IMG/VR virus record: IMGVR_UViG_3300035438_000341
Span: 32,047-96,046 of that record
DNA length: 64,000 bases
Source: a virus
Reading direction: 5' to 3' (one strand)
Below are positions 32,819-42,628 of the stretch, one piece after another; position 1 is the stretch's first letter, and every line of letters begins with the position of its first letter. The notes under the pieces are model-generated. The model worked only from the letters and a program-made list of their open reading frames with translations. It was not told the origin of the DNA and did not search any database. The translations under genes and the position numbers were made by a program.

Positions 32819-34717
32819 ATGGCAATAAATTTAACAGACAATATAAGAGTAGGACAACAATTACCTGTTGATAGCAGGTATTTTAATGGACTACTCCCAT
32901 GGGACTCTTTAGTAGCAGTAACCACAGGAATACCAACTGCATTAAGATTTCGTGGTCTCACCGTAAATATTTTAGGGGTTGAGTACTGGTGGGCAGATGG
33001 AATATTAGATGCGCAGTTAGTAATAAAAACAGTAGACGTTACTCTAAACCTTCAAGAGGTAACAGATGAAGGTTCTACAACAACTAATTCTATAACCGCA
33101 AACTCATTTATTAAACAAGGAGGTACTTCTTCTGAAATATTAGCAGCTGATGGAGATATAATAACTGCTGGAAATAATATTACAATTACAAATGGGGAAA
33201 TATCTTCTATTGGTGGTAGTGGAGGAGGAGGTTCAACTGTTAATTATTACTTAAACGGAGGCACAAGTCAAGGCACATTTGGAGGTACAACTTATTACGA
33301 GTTTAGTAAGACTGCAGTAATAGGCACAAGGGTAGACTTTAGTGTAAGTTCTGATGGATATATAGCTTCATTTATAACGGATGTTGCAGACCCATCATTA
33401 TTACTTATACCTATTGGAAATTGGATTATAGAGTTTTACTTTTCAGCTAATTCTGCTGGTGGCTCACCTTCATTCTATGTTGAATTGTATAAAGTAAGTG
33501 TAACCAATGTTTTTACTCTAATTTCAAGTAGTTCCGCTACTCCTGAAGGAATAACAAATGGTGACGTTATTGATGCTTATTTTACAACATTATCAGTTCC
33601 TGAAACAACATTAGATATAAATGATAGATTAGCTATAAGAGTTTTTGTGAATGCTTCAGGAAAAACAATAACACTACATACACAAGATGAAACTCTTTGT
33701 GAAGTACTAACAACTTTCACAACTGGATTAACTGCTTTAAATGGATTACAAGCACAAGTTCAAAATTTTGCAACAGGAACAACAGGAACAGATTTTGCTA
33801 TTAATTCAAGTGGAAGTGTACATACATTTAATTTACCAAGTGCAAGTGCAACCGCAAGAGGTGTAGTTACAACAGCAAGTCAAACATTTGCTGGAGGTAA
33901 GACATTTAGTTCTAATCCTAAAATACCTATAAATGTAGGTAATAGTGGTGCTGGAGCAATAGTAATAGATGATGGAACTGGACAAATAGAAGTGGCAAAT
34001 AATCTTATTTATCCAAACACAAATGAATTAACCTATGTAAAAGGAGTTACAAGTGGAATTCAAACACAATTAAATGCAAAATCACCATTAGCATCACCAA
34101 CCTTTACAGGAACAGTTGTTTTACCAAGTACAACTTCAATAGGAAATGTATCTTCAACAGAAATAGGTTATTTAGACGGGGTAACAAGCGGGATTCAAAC
34201 TTCGCTAGATGGTAAAGTGTCATTAGCAACTACTCAGACTATAACAGCAGCAAAGACATTCTCAAATAACATTACAGCAAGCGCTAATATCATAGGAACT
34301 AATACTCCAGATATAAGTAACGCGTCTTATAATATAATAATAAGAAACGCATCAACTGGTGTTTTTGAAAAATTAGGAGCAACTACTATTCAACCATTAA
34401 TATACAATATATTAATTACTTCAGCAGTAGGTATAACTACACAAACACTAGGGACGAATGGCGGATTAGACTATTCTCAAGATGGTAGAAATGTAATGAT
34501 TGATAATGGTTCAACAGCAATACAAGTCACAGCTACAAATGCTTCAAGTAGTTTTATTGCTAGTTATACCAAGCTAGGCACTGGAATTATAACATTTGCA
34601 TCAAGTCCAGCACCTATAGCTCCTTATGGTACTCAATTAAATGGCAACCCAGGTAGTACAGCTCTATTAACAAAAAACGGAACTACGGTTTATTTATTAG
34701 TGAATAATTTATTATGA
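32819..34717 (+). CDS. Tail fibre-like protein
   Basis: T/S/G-rich; QTFAGGKTFS and QTITAAKTFS fibre motifs; duplicated E..Y..GVTSGIQT.L..K; shares LQEVTD..ANSFIK.GGT with the upstream gene. Confidence 0.7.
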   Translation: MAINLTDNIRVGQQLPVDSRYFNGLLPWDSLVAVTTGIPTALRFRGLTVNILGVEYWWADGILDAQLVIKTVDVTLNLQEVTDEGSTTTNSITANSFIKQGGTSSEILAADGDIITAGNNITITNGEISSIGGSGGGGSTVNYYLNGGTSQGTFGGTTYYEFSKTAVIGTRVDFSVSSDGYIASFITDVADPSLLLIPIGNWIIEFYFSANSAGGSPSFYVELYKVSVTNVFTLISSSSATPEGITNGDVIDAYFTTLSVPETTLDINDRLAIRVFVNASGKTITLHTQDETLCEVLTTFTTGLTALNGLQAQVQNFATGTTGTDFAINSSGSVHTFNLPSASATARGVVTTASQTFAGGKTFSSNPKIPINVGNSGAGAIVIDDGTGQIEVANNLIYPNTNELTYVKGVTSGIQTQLNAKSPLASPTFTGTVVLPSTTSIGNVSSTEIGYLDGVTSGIQTSLDGKVSLATTQTITAAKTFSNNITASANIIGTNTPDISNASYNIIIRNASTGVFEKLGATTIQPLIYNILITSAVGITTQTLGTNGGLDYSQDGRNVMIDNGSTAIQVTATNASSSFIASYTKLGTGIITFASSPAPIAPYGTQLNGNPGSTALLTKNGTTVYLLVNNLL

Positions 34718-37700
34718 TAACACCAGCAATACGTTATATATCAAGTTTCCAAGATGCTACTAATAGTAGTTCAATACCAGTGCCAACACCTGTTATGGTT
34801 GATGGTAGAATATGGGATCAAAAAAATCTAAATGTATCAACTTATAGGAGCGGTAGAGTTATTCCACAAGTTAAAACAGGGTGGAGTACACTAACAACTG
34901 GTGCTTGGCGTTATTATAATGATAATCCAGCAAGTGCAGCAGTATATGGAAGGCTTTATAATTGGTATGCAATGATGGGTATTTATGATGCTGCATCTTT
35001 AGCAGACCCATCTTTAAGAGATAATATAGCCCCTGTTGATTGGGAGGTTGCTACCTATGGCGAGTGGATAACATTAAGAAATATTCTTGGAAGAAGTACA
35101 GCTGCAATAGCTTTAAAAGAAAGCGGTCCTGCTCATTGGGGGCCTACTAATACAGGTACTAACTCAAGTTTTTTTACAGCATTACCTGGAGGATATAAAC
35201 TCTCTAGTAATAATACGGGTTTCAATAGATTGGGTTCGTATGGTTATTGGTGGCCAAAAGATGCTACTGGGTATTTTCGTTTGGACAATATTTCTAATGC
35301 ATTAGGTTATGTTAGTACAACCGCAAAAAAAGTCGGATTTTCAATAAGACTTATAAAGCCAACTACTGTAATACCAGGATTTACAACTACATATCCAACT
35401 CCATACCCAACATCACTTCTAGGCACTGGAGGCGATATACCAACTAGTTATTCTGGAACAATAACAGAAAGAGGTATAGTATATGGAACAACAATAAACC
35501 CTACGATAGCCAACACAAAGATTCAAAGCGGAACTGGAACTGGTTCGTATACTATTAATATAACAACACCCCCATTATCGGTTAATACAGAATATTTTAT
35601 TAGGGCTTATGCCATATCTAGTATTGATGGTCTTGTATACGCTCCTAATATTAGTGTTTTTACGCTTAACTCTACCCCTACTGTATTTACAAATAATACT
35701 AGTCAAATAACAACAAATTCAGCTCTAAGTGGAGGCTATGTAGAAGATGCTGGCGGGCTTACTCTAACGACTAAAGGTGTTTGTTGGAGTACAAGTCCAA
35801 ATCCAACAGTAGCCTTACCTACTAAAACCTCAATTACTGGTAGCGAGATAGGAGCGTTTGTTAGTGAAATAACTGGATTAGCTCTTAACACAAAATATTA
35901 TGTACGTGCTTATGCAACAAACACAGCTACTACTGGATATGGTCAGCAAGAAGAGTTTACAACATTAGCAACCCCTTCGCTTAATCTTATATTTAATCAA
36001 TATTACGCGCACCATGCATATTCATTAAGAAAATTAAGCGATACATATGATTATAGATGTGTGAGAGTTAGGAGAACAACGTCAACGCCAAGTGTAACCA
36101 CAACAACGGTTGATGTATTTTTTAATTCATACAGTGAAATAGGATTATACAGCGATATACTTTATGTGTCTGGAACAGTTACATTGGCAACAACATTAGG
36201 AGAATTTGCGGACGGGGTAGTTGATGGTTTTCCAGCACAAGATATTTACGTTGTTACCTGGTATGATCAAAGTGGTAATGGTAAAAATCCAACAAATGCA
36301 ACTGCAGGACAACAACCAAGATTAGTTAGGGTAGATTCGGGGGTTGCTACATTAGAAACTTCAGAAGGCAAAGCTTCAGTTAGATTTATATCCGCTAATA
36401 ATCAAAGGTTGAATTTAGTTGATACATCAATTTCTTATAATAATATATCAAATTTTGTATTATCAAATGCTATTGCTGCAACTAATGATGCATTTTTTGC
36501 ATTAAATGAGACTTTAACTACAAGATATTATATTGCTGGGAGAGGTATTTCATATGTAACTGCTGGAACATTTCTTTATTCAGCGGCAACTGGAGTTAAT
36601 AGATTGTATGAAACAATATCAGGAATATCTACCACAAGTGCTTATATAAATGGGATAATACAATCACCATCTTCTGTTACTTCATCAACAGTAACTAATG
36701 CATTTATTAAAATAGGTAGTGCTGGTGCTCCAGCAAACTTTACAGATGGATATATTTCAGAAGTAATATCATTTATAGGCACTCCAGATAGGTTAAATAT
36801 AGAGCAAAATATGATGGACTATTATGGAATCCAAAGACTTCCTTTAGTAACAACTGCTGACGTAAATTATATAGATCCTACAGGAACAGCTATTGGAGGA
36901 GGGAATCTAATTGATGAATTTGGTATTACACCAACTACAAAAGGAGTATGTTGGAATACATTTCAAAACCCCGCTATTGATTCTGGTGCAGTAACAAATG
37001 ATGGAACAGGTATTGGCGCTTTTACAAGTAATTTAAATTTTTTATCGGCTTACACACAATATTATGTTAGAGCGTATGCTTCAAACAGTCTTACAACTTC
37101 TTATGGCGAAGAAAAACAATTTATAACAGGTAACGCTCCTTATGTTTTTATCTTAGATGCATTCCCTTCTGCTCATCACGCTTATTCATTAAGAAAATTA
37201 AGAACTGCATATACAGGTTTTTGTTTAAGGGTTAGAAGAACAGCGGCAACTTCAACTGAAGTTAATGTAGGATTTGATACAAATGGAACAATTAGTTTTA
37301 GTAGTCCAATATCTTTTGCCTCAGGAACCGCAACGAACGCAGTTAATTTAGGAGAATTTGCACAAGGGACAGTAGATGGGCTAACTGCCCAATCAATTTT
37401 TGTTGTTACGTGGTATGACCAAAGTGGTAACGGTAAAAATCCATCACAGACAACCGCTGGATTTCAACCAAGATTGGTAAATGTAATATCAGGTGTTGCT
37501 ACATTAGAAACGTCTGGAGGGAAGGTAGCAGTTAGATTTATAAATACATCATCAACAAGATTATCAATAGCGGATGCTACTGCGAATATAAATAATATGT
37601 CTAGTTATTATGTAGGTCAATTTGTAACAACAGCAACAGACCAAGTCGCTTATACCATAGGTAGAGCAGCTGGTTCTCTTTTTTATTTTCCATATATAGC

Positions 37701-38016
37701 TACAAATACTAATGTTGGATATGGCGCACCGTCAAATTCTATTCAATTAGAGATAGGAAAAACAACAGCTAGAAGGTTATATGAAGTTTTATCACCATCT
37801 CCTTTAAATTCAGCAGTAGCTCAAGGGTGGACAAATGGCGTACCTAAGAACACTTATCCTTTAGCGTCTGGATTAAACACTATTATACAATTAGGAGGAC
37901 AAGGGGCAATAGCTTTTTTAGATGGATATATTCAAGAAGTAATAGGGTGGCAATCAAATACTTATAGAGGAGAAAAAGAAATGAATATTAACAATTATTG
38001 GCAAATTTATGTATAA
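34714..38016 (+). CDS. Receptor-binding/adhesin-like protein: FISUMP (Fib_succ_major) domain, FN3-like domains and two arabinofuranosidase-B/ConA-like domains
   Basis: W..KNL.V..YR.G..YG.LYNWYA..FTALPGG..GFSIRL; repeated YYVRAYA.N..YG; HHAYSLRKL..RVRR..VVTWYDQSGNG occurs twice. Confidence 0.7.
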   Translation: MITPAIRYISSFQDATNSSSIPVPTPVMVDGRIWDQKNLNVSTYRSGRVIPQVKTGWSTLTTGAWRYYNDNPASAAVYGRLYNWYAMMGIYDAASLADPSLRDNIAPVDWEVATYGEWITLRNILGRSTAAIALKESGPAHWGPTNTGTNSSFFTALPGGYKLSSNNTGFNRLGSYGYWWPKDATGYFRLDNISNALGYVSTTAKKVGFSIRLIKPTTVIPGFTTTYPTPYPTSLLGTGGDIPTSYSGTITERGIVYGTTINPTIANTKIQSGTGTGSYTINITTPPLSVNTEYFIRAYAISSIDGLVYAPNISVFTLNSTPTVFTNNTSQITTNSALSGGYVEDAGGLTLTTKGVCWSTSPNPTVALPTKTSITGSEIGAFVSEITGLALNTKYYVRAYATNTATTGYGQQEEFTTLATPSLNLIFNQYYAHHAYSLRKLSDTYDYRCVRVRRTTSTPSVTTTTVDVFFNSYSEIGLYSDILYVSGTVTLATTLGEFADGVVDGFPAQDIYVVTWYDQSGNGKNPTNATAGQQPRLVRVDSGVATLETSEGKASVRFISANNQRLNLVDTSISYNNISNFVLSNAIAATNDAFFALNETLTTRYYIAGRGISYVTAGTFLYSAATGVNRLYETISGISTTSAYINGIIQSPSSVTSSTVTNAFIKIGSAGAPANFTDGYISEVISFIGTPDRLNIEQNMMDYYGIQRLPLVTTADVNYIDPTGTAIGGGNLIDEFGITPTTKGVCWNTFQNPAIDSGAVTNDGTGIGAFTSNLNFLSAYTQYYVRAYASNSLTTSYGEEKQFITGNAPYVFILDAFPSAHHAYSLRKLRTAYTGFCLRVRRTAATSTEVNVGFDTNGTISFSSPISFASGTATNAVNLGEFAQGTVDGLTAQSIFVVTWYDQSGNGKNPSQTTAGFQPRLVNVISGVATLETSGGKVAVRFINTSSTRLSIADATANINNMSSYYVGQFVTTATDQVAYTIGRAAGSLFYFPYIATNTNVGYGAPSNSIQLEIGKTTARRLYEVLSPSPLNSAVAQGWTNGVPKNTYPLASGLNTIIQLGGQGAIAFLDGYIQEVIGWQSNTYRGEKEMNINNYWQIYV

Positions 38017-38185
38017 ATACAACACATTAGAAGAAGCGGAAGCATCATTAGAAATAGTAAATACTTATTTTGGATTACCTTGTGGCGAAACATTAAACTG
38101 GACAGATGTTCAAGTGGGTGATGGATATTGGTATTTACAAGCAGATAGACTAGAAGAGGTATTAGGACCTCCAACAGAGATATGA
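38009..38185 (+). CDS. Small acidic protein (58 aa), possible fibre-associated factor
   Basis: Not in the ORF track. MYKYNTLEEAE..VLGPPTEI; overlaps the RBP stop and is ATGA-coupled to the next gene. Confidence 0.65.
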   Translation: MYKYNTLEEAEASLEIVNTYFGLPCGETLNWTDVQVGDGYWYLQADRLEEVLGPPTEI

Positions 38186-38445
38186 ATAAATTTATAAAAC
38201 AAAGATGGTACTTACACCTAATAGGCGGAGCTATCGTAGTAACACCAATAATTTGGTTGTTGATTAAGTTTGACCCTTCCTTTGACATAGGTAAGACAGC
38301 ACAGGTATTTATAGCTGGGCTTTTTTCTTATTTCATTGGATTCATGTGGGAATTCTATTTTGCTAAATATCATGAGGCTCCATTTAGCTATGATGACATT
38401 TGGTTCACAGTGTTAGGTGCATTAATTGGAACGATATTATTATGA
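38182..38445 (+). CDS. Small membrane protein (about 3 TM helices)
   Basis: Hydrophobic helices; HL..G, WE and D..FT.LG motif pattern. Confidence 0.7.
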   Translation: MNKFIKQRWYLHLIGGAIVVTPIIWLLIKFDPSFDIGKTAQVFIAGLFSYFIGFMWEFYFAKYHEAPFSYDDIWFTVLGALIGTILL

Positions 38446-38531
38446 CAAATCAAGACAAAAACTGGATCTTATTTTGGGTAATTATAGTTGTAGCAATAGC
38501 TATAATAGTACACTTCAGCGATCACGTATAA
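38442..38531 (+). CDS. 29-aa single-TM peptide
   Basis: ATGA-coupled to the upstream gene; MTNQDKNWILFWVIIVVAIAIIVHFSDHV; ends at the terminator hairpin. Confidence 0.5.
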   Translation: MTNQDKNWILFWVIIVVAIAIIVHFSDHV

Positions 38532-38552
38532 ACCCTCTATATGAGGGTTTTT
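38530..38552. terminator. Bidirectional intrinsic terminator
   Basis: AAACCCTC-TATAT-GAGGGTTT followed by a T-run, between convergent genes. Confidence 0.7.
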
Positions 38553-41509
38553 ATTTCTGCTATCACCATCTCTGGAGTTATACTAGTCTGACATTCAAAC
38601 TGTCTATCTGTACCTTTGTGAACAGGGCACCAATCCCAATCTCCTTTATCAAACTTATATTGTGGATCATTCCAGCATCCATGACATACATTTGTGTTAA
38701 CTGGTCTATGGCATGAAAACTCATGATCTTTATCAGTGAAGTTAGAGATCATTATCACTGGTACATCTAACCCCCAAGCTAACCAACTTAGTCCACTAGA
38801 TAGTCCTATAAAGAATTCACTTTGTGTTATCCATTCTATTGTACTACCTATTGATTTATCAATTAATGCATCACAATTGTCAAATGGATTATTTTCTAAT
38901 GATACATTTTTCACTATATATCCTTGACCATGTAAGTAATTAATCACTTCTTGCCAAGCTTCTCTGGTCCAGAACTTACACCCAGCTGTACTATTTGTAG
39001 CTATTGTAACTAGTTTATAGTTTGCTTTAAGTCCTGAGTTATGTATTCTAGGTTTGATTTCTTTATAAGGAAGTCCTAGAATATTTGTAGCTGTTTGCTG
39101 AAGAGGAATTGTATTAGGAAGAACAGGTTCTTTATTATCATTATAGAACCAACCAAGTTTATACATTGCATACAAATCATTAACTACAGACCCTGGTTCT
39201 ACAAATTCCAACATTGGATATTCTTTTTCAAATAAGAAGTTCTTATATGTACTTACAATCACTTCACAGTTATGTAGACATCTAAACTCTTCTACATAAG
39301 GCATCCAAGCTATAGTATCACCTAAAGAAGAACTATCAAAAGCTATATAAACTCTTCTACTCTCTAGATTTAGTATGTTATTATACACCTCAACACCATC
39401 CTTATACACTATAGTTTGCCACCTAGTGAAGTATTCTCTGTTAAGTTTTATCCAATGGTTGCACTTTATTGTATCATAATGAACTAACTTTTGTGTTTCA
39501 AAATCATGAAACTCTACATCAAATGTGCTATCACTGGTTCCTGTTATTTCAAGGAATGGTTGTCCAACAAAATTTTGTATGATATTATAATCATTTATAG
39601 GCGTTTTGTTCGGAATAACGGACATTGCTTTCTCATATAATGATATGTGATCTTTAGCAAAATCATCAGTTGTATTAGTTATTGGTAAATCATATTGCTT
39701 ACCATAGTTTAATAACATTTCTAATTGAGTTTTTGGTTCTTTGATATCTACTATGTAATCAGTGAACATATCTTTATACTGAGGAAGATTTCTAGCAAGG
39801 ATAGGTAACCCATATCCAATAGCTTCTCTAAGTACAAGAGGATTACATTCCCACGTGCTGTTAAACATAAATGCATCTGCAGCTTTCATAAATCTATATA
39901 TGTCATCTTTTTCTCCCCATACAGTAACATTATCAGGTAGATTTTTCATTAGTGGTTTCCAATAGTCTTCAAAGTTCCCAGCTTGATTACCTATAAAGTG
40001 AAACTCTACATATGGTAGAGATCTAGCTATCTCAATTCCTTCTCCTTGATTCTTTCCTTTGGTCCATAGTCCTACATTAACTACATGCTTTTTTCTACTA
40101 TCCATTCCTAGATATGCTTTACTGAACAGTTTGTCTTTTGGAGAAACAATCTGTTTGTCTATAGGGAACTCAATCACTTGTTTGTAACCATCTAGGTTAG
40201 CAAATGTATCTAAGTGATAAGGACTGCAGAAAGCATATGCATCAGGTGTAAATATCTTCTCAGAAGGATTGAAAGATACATCATGACATGTCTCAACTAT
40301 TCTATATTTTCTATCAGGAGAATACAATCTTGTCATCATCTTTCTATCTAGTCTCTCAGACATCTCATCTATATGTATGATGTCTGGTTTAAACTCTTCT
40401 ACAGCTTTGAAGATTCTCATCTTATCTTCATTCAGTGTATATAAGCCTGTAAGCTTTATAATCTCATCTCTCTGTACAACATAATCTTTGCTGTAACATT
40501 GATATTCTACCACTTGAATAGATACATTTGGCAGAGTTTGCAACGCTTGTATTCTTTTAAGAAGGAATGCAGGCATACCACCTGTAGATAGGTGAGGAGC
40601 AACAAATAATATTTTTAGTTTAGACATTGGTTTAGACATTTTAGACATTAGTTTAGACATTTGTACTGGATCTTTCTCTCCATGTAGGAATAGTAATTGT
40701 TCTTTACACTCTGGTAACCTGAACCAATTGTTAACATGTTTACCCCAGTTATCTTCATTATATATCCTATCTAGCTTGTCAAGACCAGCATTAGTGTATA
40801 TATAAGGAAGACCCTGATGTATATTATATTTCCACAATAGCACATTTACTATTGTCTCTTCATGATAGGGAGCATAGATTTGTGGATTCTCAAGTATAGT
40901 GGGATGAGTGCACATCCAATACCACTCATCTAGAAAGTTAATAGTGTTCTTACCAGCCACAAAGTAACCAGTTTGTCTATATCTCTCTCTCACATATTGA
41001 TTTACATTGAATAATTCACATGCTGGATGTTCTAGTGTAGTGGAGAGATCTTCTTTACTATCAGCTCCTCCTCTTCCATTGTTATGCAGATAGTCATATA
41101 TACCTTCTACAAAATATGGATGTCCACATTCAGTGTTGTACATATCAAATATACTATCTACATACTGAGTAGCTACACTGTCAGAATCTACGTAACATAT
41201 TGTATTAGCAAAGTGCTCAAGAGCATGCTTAACTATAAGAGGCCTTTTTATTAATAGATTGTATATTCTTGAATCATCTCTATCTATATAAACTTCTTGT
41301 GATACATCTTTAATATCACACTCCCAGTATACAGTATTAGCTCCAGGAACCTCTCTGTGATCATTTAACAGGTACACTGTGATTGGTATATTGCTAAACT
41401 GTTGAATGCTCTCTACAGCCATGCATACAGTGCTGTAATAAGATGCATTTGCATATAAAACGTACATTTTATCTGCTTTTATATGTTGATACGTATAACT
41501 ATCGGACAT
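38537..41509 (-). CDS. Tri-domain glycosyltransferase: GT-A (DxD) + GT4-like GT-B + autotransporter O-heptosyltransferase (TibC/Aah-like)
   Basis: YVDSD; LFVAPHLSTGG..KGKNQ..ECNPLVLREAIGYG.P; SLGDTIAW..FIGLSSGLSWLAW..CHGCW..WCP.H..FEC. The ATG at 41509 is preferred because a promoter box overlaps the TTG at 41530. Confidence 0.85.
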   Translation of the reverse strand: MSDSYTYQHIKADKMYVLYANASYYSTVCMAVESIQQFSNIPITVYLLNDHREVPGANTVYWECDIKDVSQEVYIDRDDSRIYNLLIKRPLIVKHALEHFANTICYVDSDSVATQYVDSIFDMYNTECGHPYFVEGIYDYLHNNGRGGADSKEDLSTTLEHPACELFNVNQYVRERYRQTGYFVAGKNTINFLDEWYWMCTHPTILENPQIYAPYHEETIVNVLLWKYNIHQGLPYIYTNAGLDKLDRIYNEDNWGKHVNNWFRLPECKEQLLFLHGEKDPVQMSKLMSKMSKPMSKLKILFVAPHLSTGGMPAFLLKRIQALQTLPNVSIQVVEYQCYSKDYVVQRDEIIKLTGLYTLNEDKMRIFKAVEEFKPDIIHIDEMSERLDRKMMTRLYSPDRKYRIVETCHDVSFNPSEKIFTPDAYAFCSPYHLDTFANLDGYKQVIEFPIDKQIVSPKDKLFSKAYLGMDSRKKHVVNVGLWTKGKNQGEGIEIARSLPYVEFHFIGNQAGNFEDYWKPLMKNLPDNVTVWGEKDDIYRFMKAADAFMFNSTWECNPLVLREAIGYGLPILARNLPQYKDMFTDYIVDIKEPKTQLEMLLNYGKQYDLPITNTTDDFAKDHISLYEKAMSVIPNKTPINDYNIIQNFVGQPFLEITGTSDSTFDVEFHDFETQKLVHYDTIKCNHWIKLNREYFTRWQTIVYKDGVEVYNNILNLESRRVYIAFDSSSLGDTIAWMPYVEEFRCLHNCEVIVSTYKNFLFEKEYPMLEFVEPGSVVNDLYAMYKLGWFYNDNKEPVLPNTIPLQQTATNILGLPYKEIKPRIHNSGLKANYKLVTIATNSTAGCKFWTREAWQEVINYLHGQGYIVKNVSLENNPFDNCDALIDKSIGSTIEWITQSEFFIGLSSGLSWLAWGLDVPVIMISNFTDKDHEFSCHRPVNTNVCHGCWNDPQYKFDKGDWDWCPVHKGTDRQFECQTSITPEMVIAEIKTLI

Positions 41510-41527
41510 AGGTTTGATTTTTAAAAA

Positions 41528-41535
41528 CAAAGATA
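41528..41535 (-). promoter_or_regulatory. -7 promoter box (TATCTTTG) for the glycosyltransferase gene
   Basis: TAnnTTTG on the minus strand, 18 nt upstream of ATG 41509. Confidence 0.6.
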
Positions 41536-41610
41536 TAAAAATATATTTAGCTTATGCTATATTATGAAAGAAATATCAGTTAACCATTTTATTATACGGA
41601 ATATATGATT

Positions 41611-41618
41611 TACATTTG
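41611..41618 (+). promoter_or_regulatory. -7 promoter box (TACATTTG) for the lysis cassette
   Basis: TAnnTTTG in the divergent intergenic region. Confidence 0.55.
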
Positions 41619-41696
41619 TTATAAATTTTATAATCTTTTCTTCGGTACAATCATGTTCTGTGATTGTCTATTATTATAATACTACCGCTCATACCT

Positions 41697-42020
41697 ATGG
41701 AAAACACATTTGAAAAACAAGTAGAACAAGAATTAAAAAGCATGGACCAACGCCTATATGATCTAGAGGAGAAAATGACTTCAATAGATACCAAACTAAC
41801 ACAAGTTGTAGACGCTATATTAGGAAACGCATTAACCAAAGCAGGAGGTTTTGTTGCTGAGTTGAACGAATTGAAAGTCAAAATAAAAACCCTAGAGGAT
41901 AAATTGAGCAGACAAGAAAACTTTAAGAACAAAGTTATGTGGACTGTTGGTGTAGTGGTGGCTATAGGTGTTATACTACAATATTTAGCAAGTATATATT
42001 ATAATATAAAACGAGTATGA
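41697..42020 (+). CDS. Coiled-coil protein with C-terminal TM helix (lysis-associated, XhlA/holin-like)
   Basis: ATG at 41697 (MENTFEK); heptad repeats, then VMWTVGVVVAIGVILQYL. Confidence 0.65.
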   Translation: MENTFEKQVEQELKSMDQRLYDLEEKMTSIDTKLTQVVDAILGNALTKAGGFVAELNELKVKIKTLEDKLSRQENFKNKVMWTVGVVVAIGVILQYLASIYYNIKRV

Positions 42021-42628
42021 TGTTTATAAAAAAGAATTACTTATATTTAATCATAGGTGTCCTAGTGCTTGTGATATTTTTACAGAGATGTGGATCTGAT
42101 AAACCTGTCACTCCTGTACCACCAGTTGTAAAGATAGACACTGTATGGGTGAAACATGATAGCTTGATATATTCTAAGCCTAAAGTGATTACAGTTATCA
42201 AAGGGATTCCTGAGATACAATATGTACCAGATACATCTTATTCAAAGCTTGTTATACAATATAAAAGTTTAGTTGATCTGTGTACAGCAAAGAATGTATA
42301 CTCAGATACATTGAAAATAGATTCTATTGGATATATAAATGTTTTAGATACGATTTCAAAAAACAGAATACAAGGAAGAAGATTCAAGTATGATTTAAAA
42401 TATCCTGTAGTTACAAAGACCATCACTCTTCAAGCACCTCCTAAGACACAAGTATATATAGGTGGAGGCTTACAAGGAAACCAGTATAACATAGTTAATC
42501 AGTTTAATGCAGGACTATTGCTCAAGACTAAGAAAGATCAAATCTATGGAGTGTATACAGGAATGAACACAGATGGACAAGTACAATATGGCTTACAAAG
42601 CTATTGGAAAATTAAATTAGGTAAGTGA
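42017..42628 (+). CDS. Putative spanin-like lysis protein
   Basis: N-terminal TM/lipobox-like LQRC; DT-rich stalk; C-terminal amphipathic beta strands; located in the lysis cassette. Confidence 0.55.
   Translation: MMFIKKNYLYLIIGVLVLVIFLQRCGSDKPVTPVPPVVKIDTVWVKHDSLIYSKPKVITVIKGIPEIQYVPDTSYSKLVIQYKSLVDLCTAKNVYSDTLKIDSIGYINVLDTISKNRIQGRRFKYDLKYPVVTKTITLQAPPKTQVYIGGGLQGNQYNIVNQFNAGLLLKTKKDQIYGVYTGMNTDGQVQYGLQSYWKIKLGK

Noticed and set aside
36000-37560. Duplicated segments in the RBP as a possible DGR template/variable repeat pair
   Set aside because: Both copies are coding in the same ORF, the differences are not adenine-specific, and no reverse transcriptase is present in the window.
38426-38927. 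Plus-strand ORFs 38426-38716 and 38736-38927
   Set aside because: They are antisense to the glycosyltransferase and cross or lie beyond the terminator; the coupled 29-aa ORF at 38442 explains the region better.
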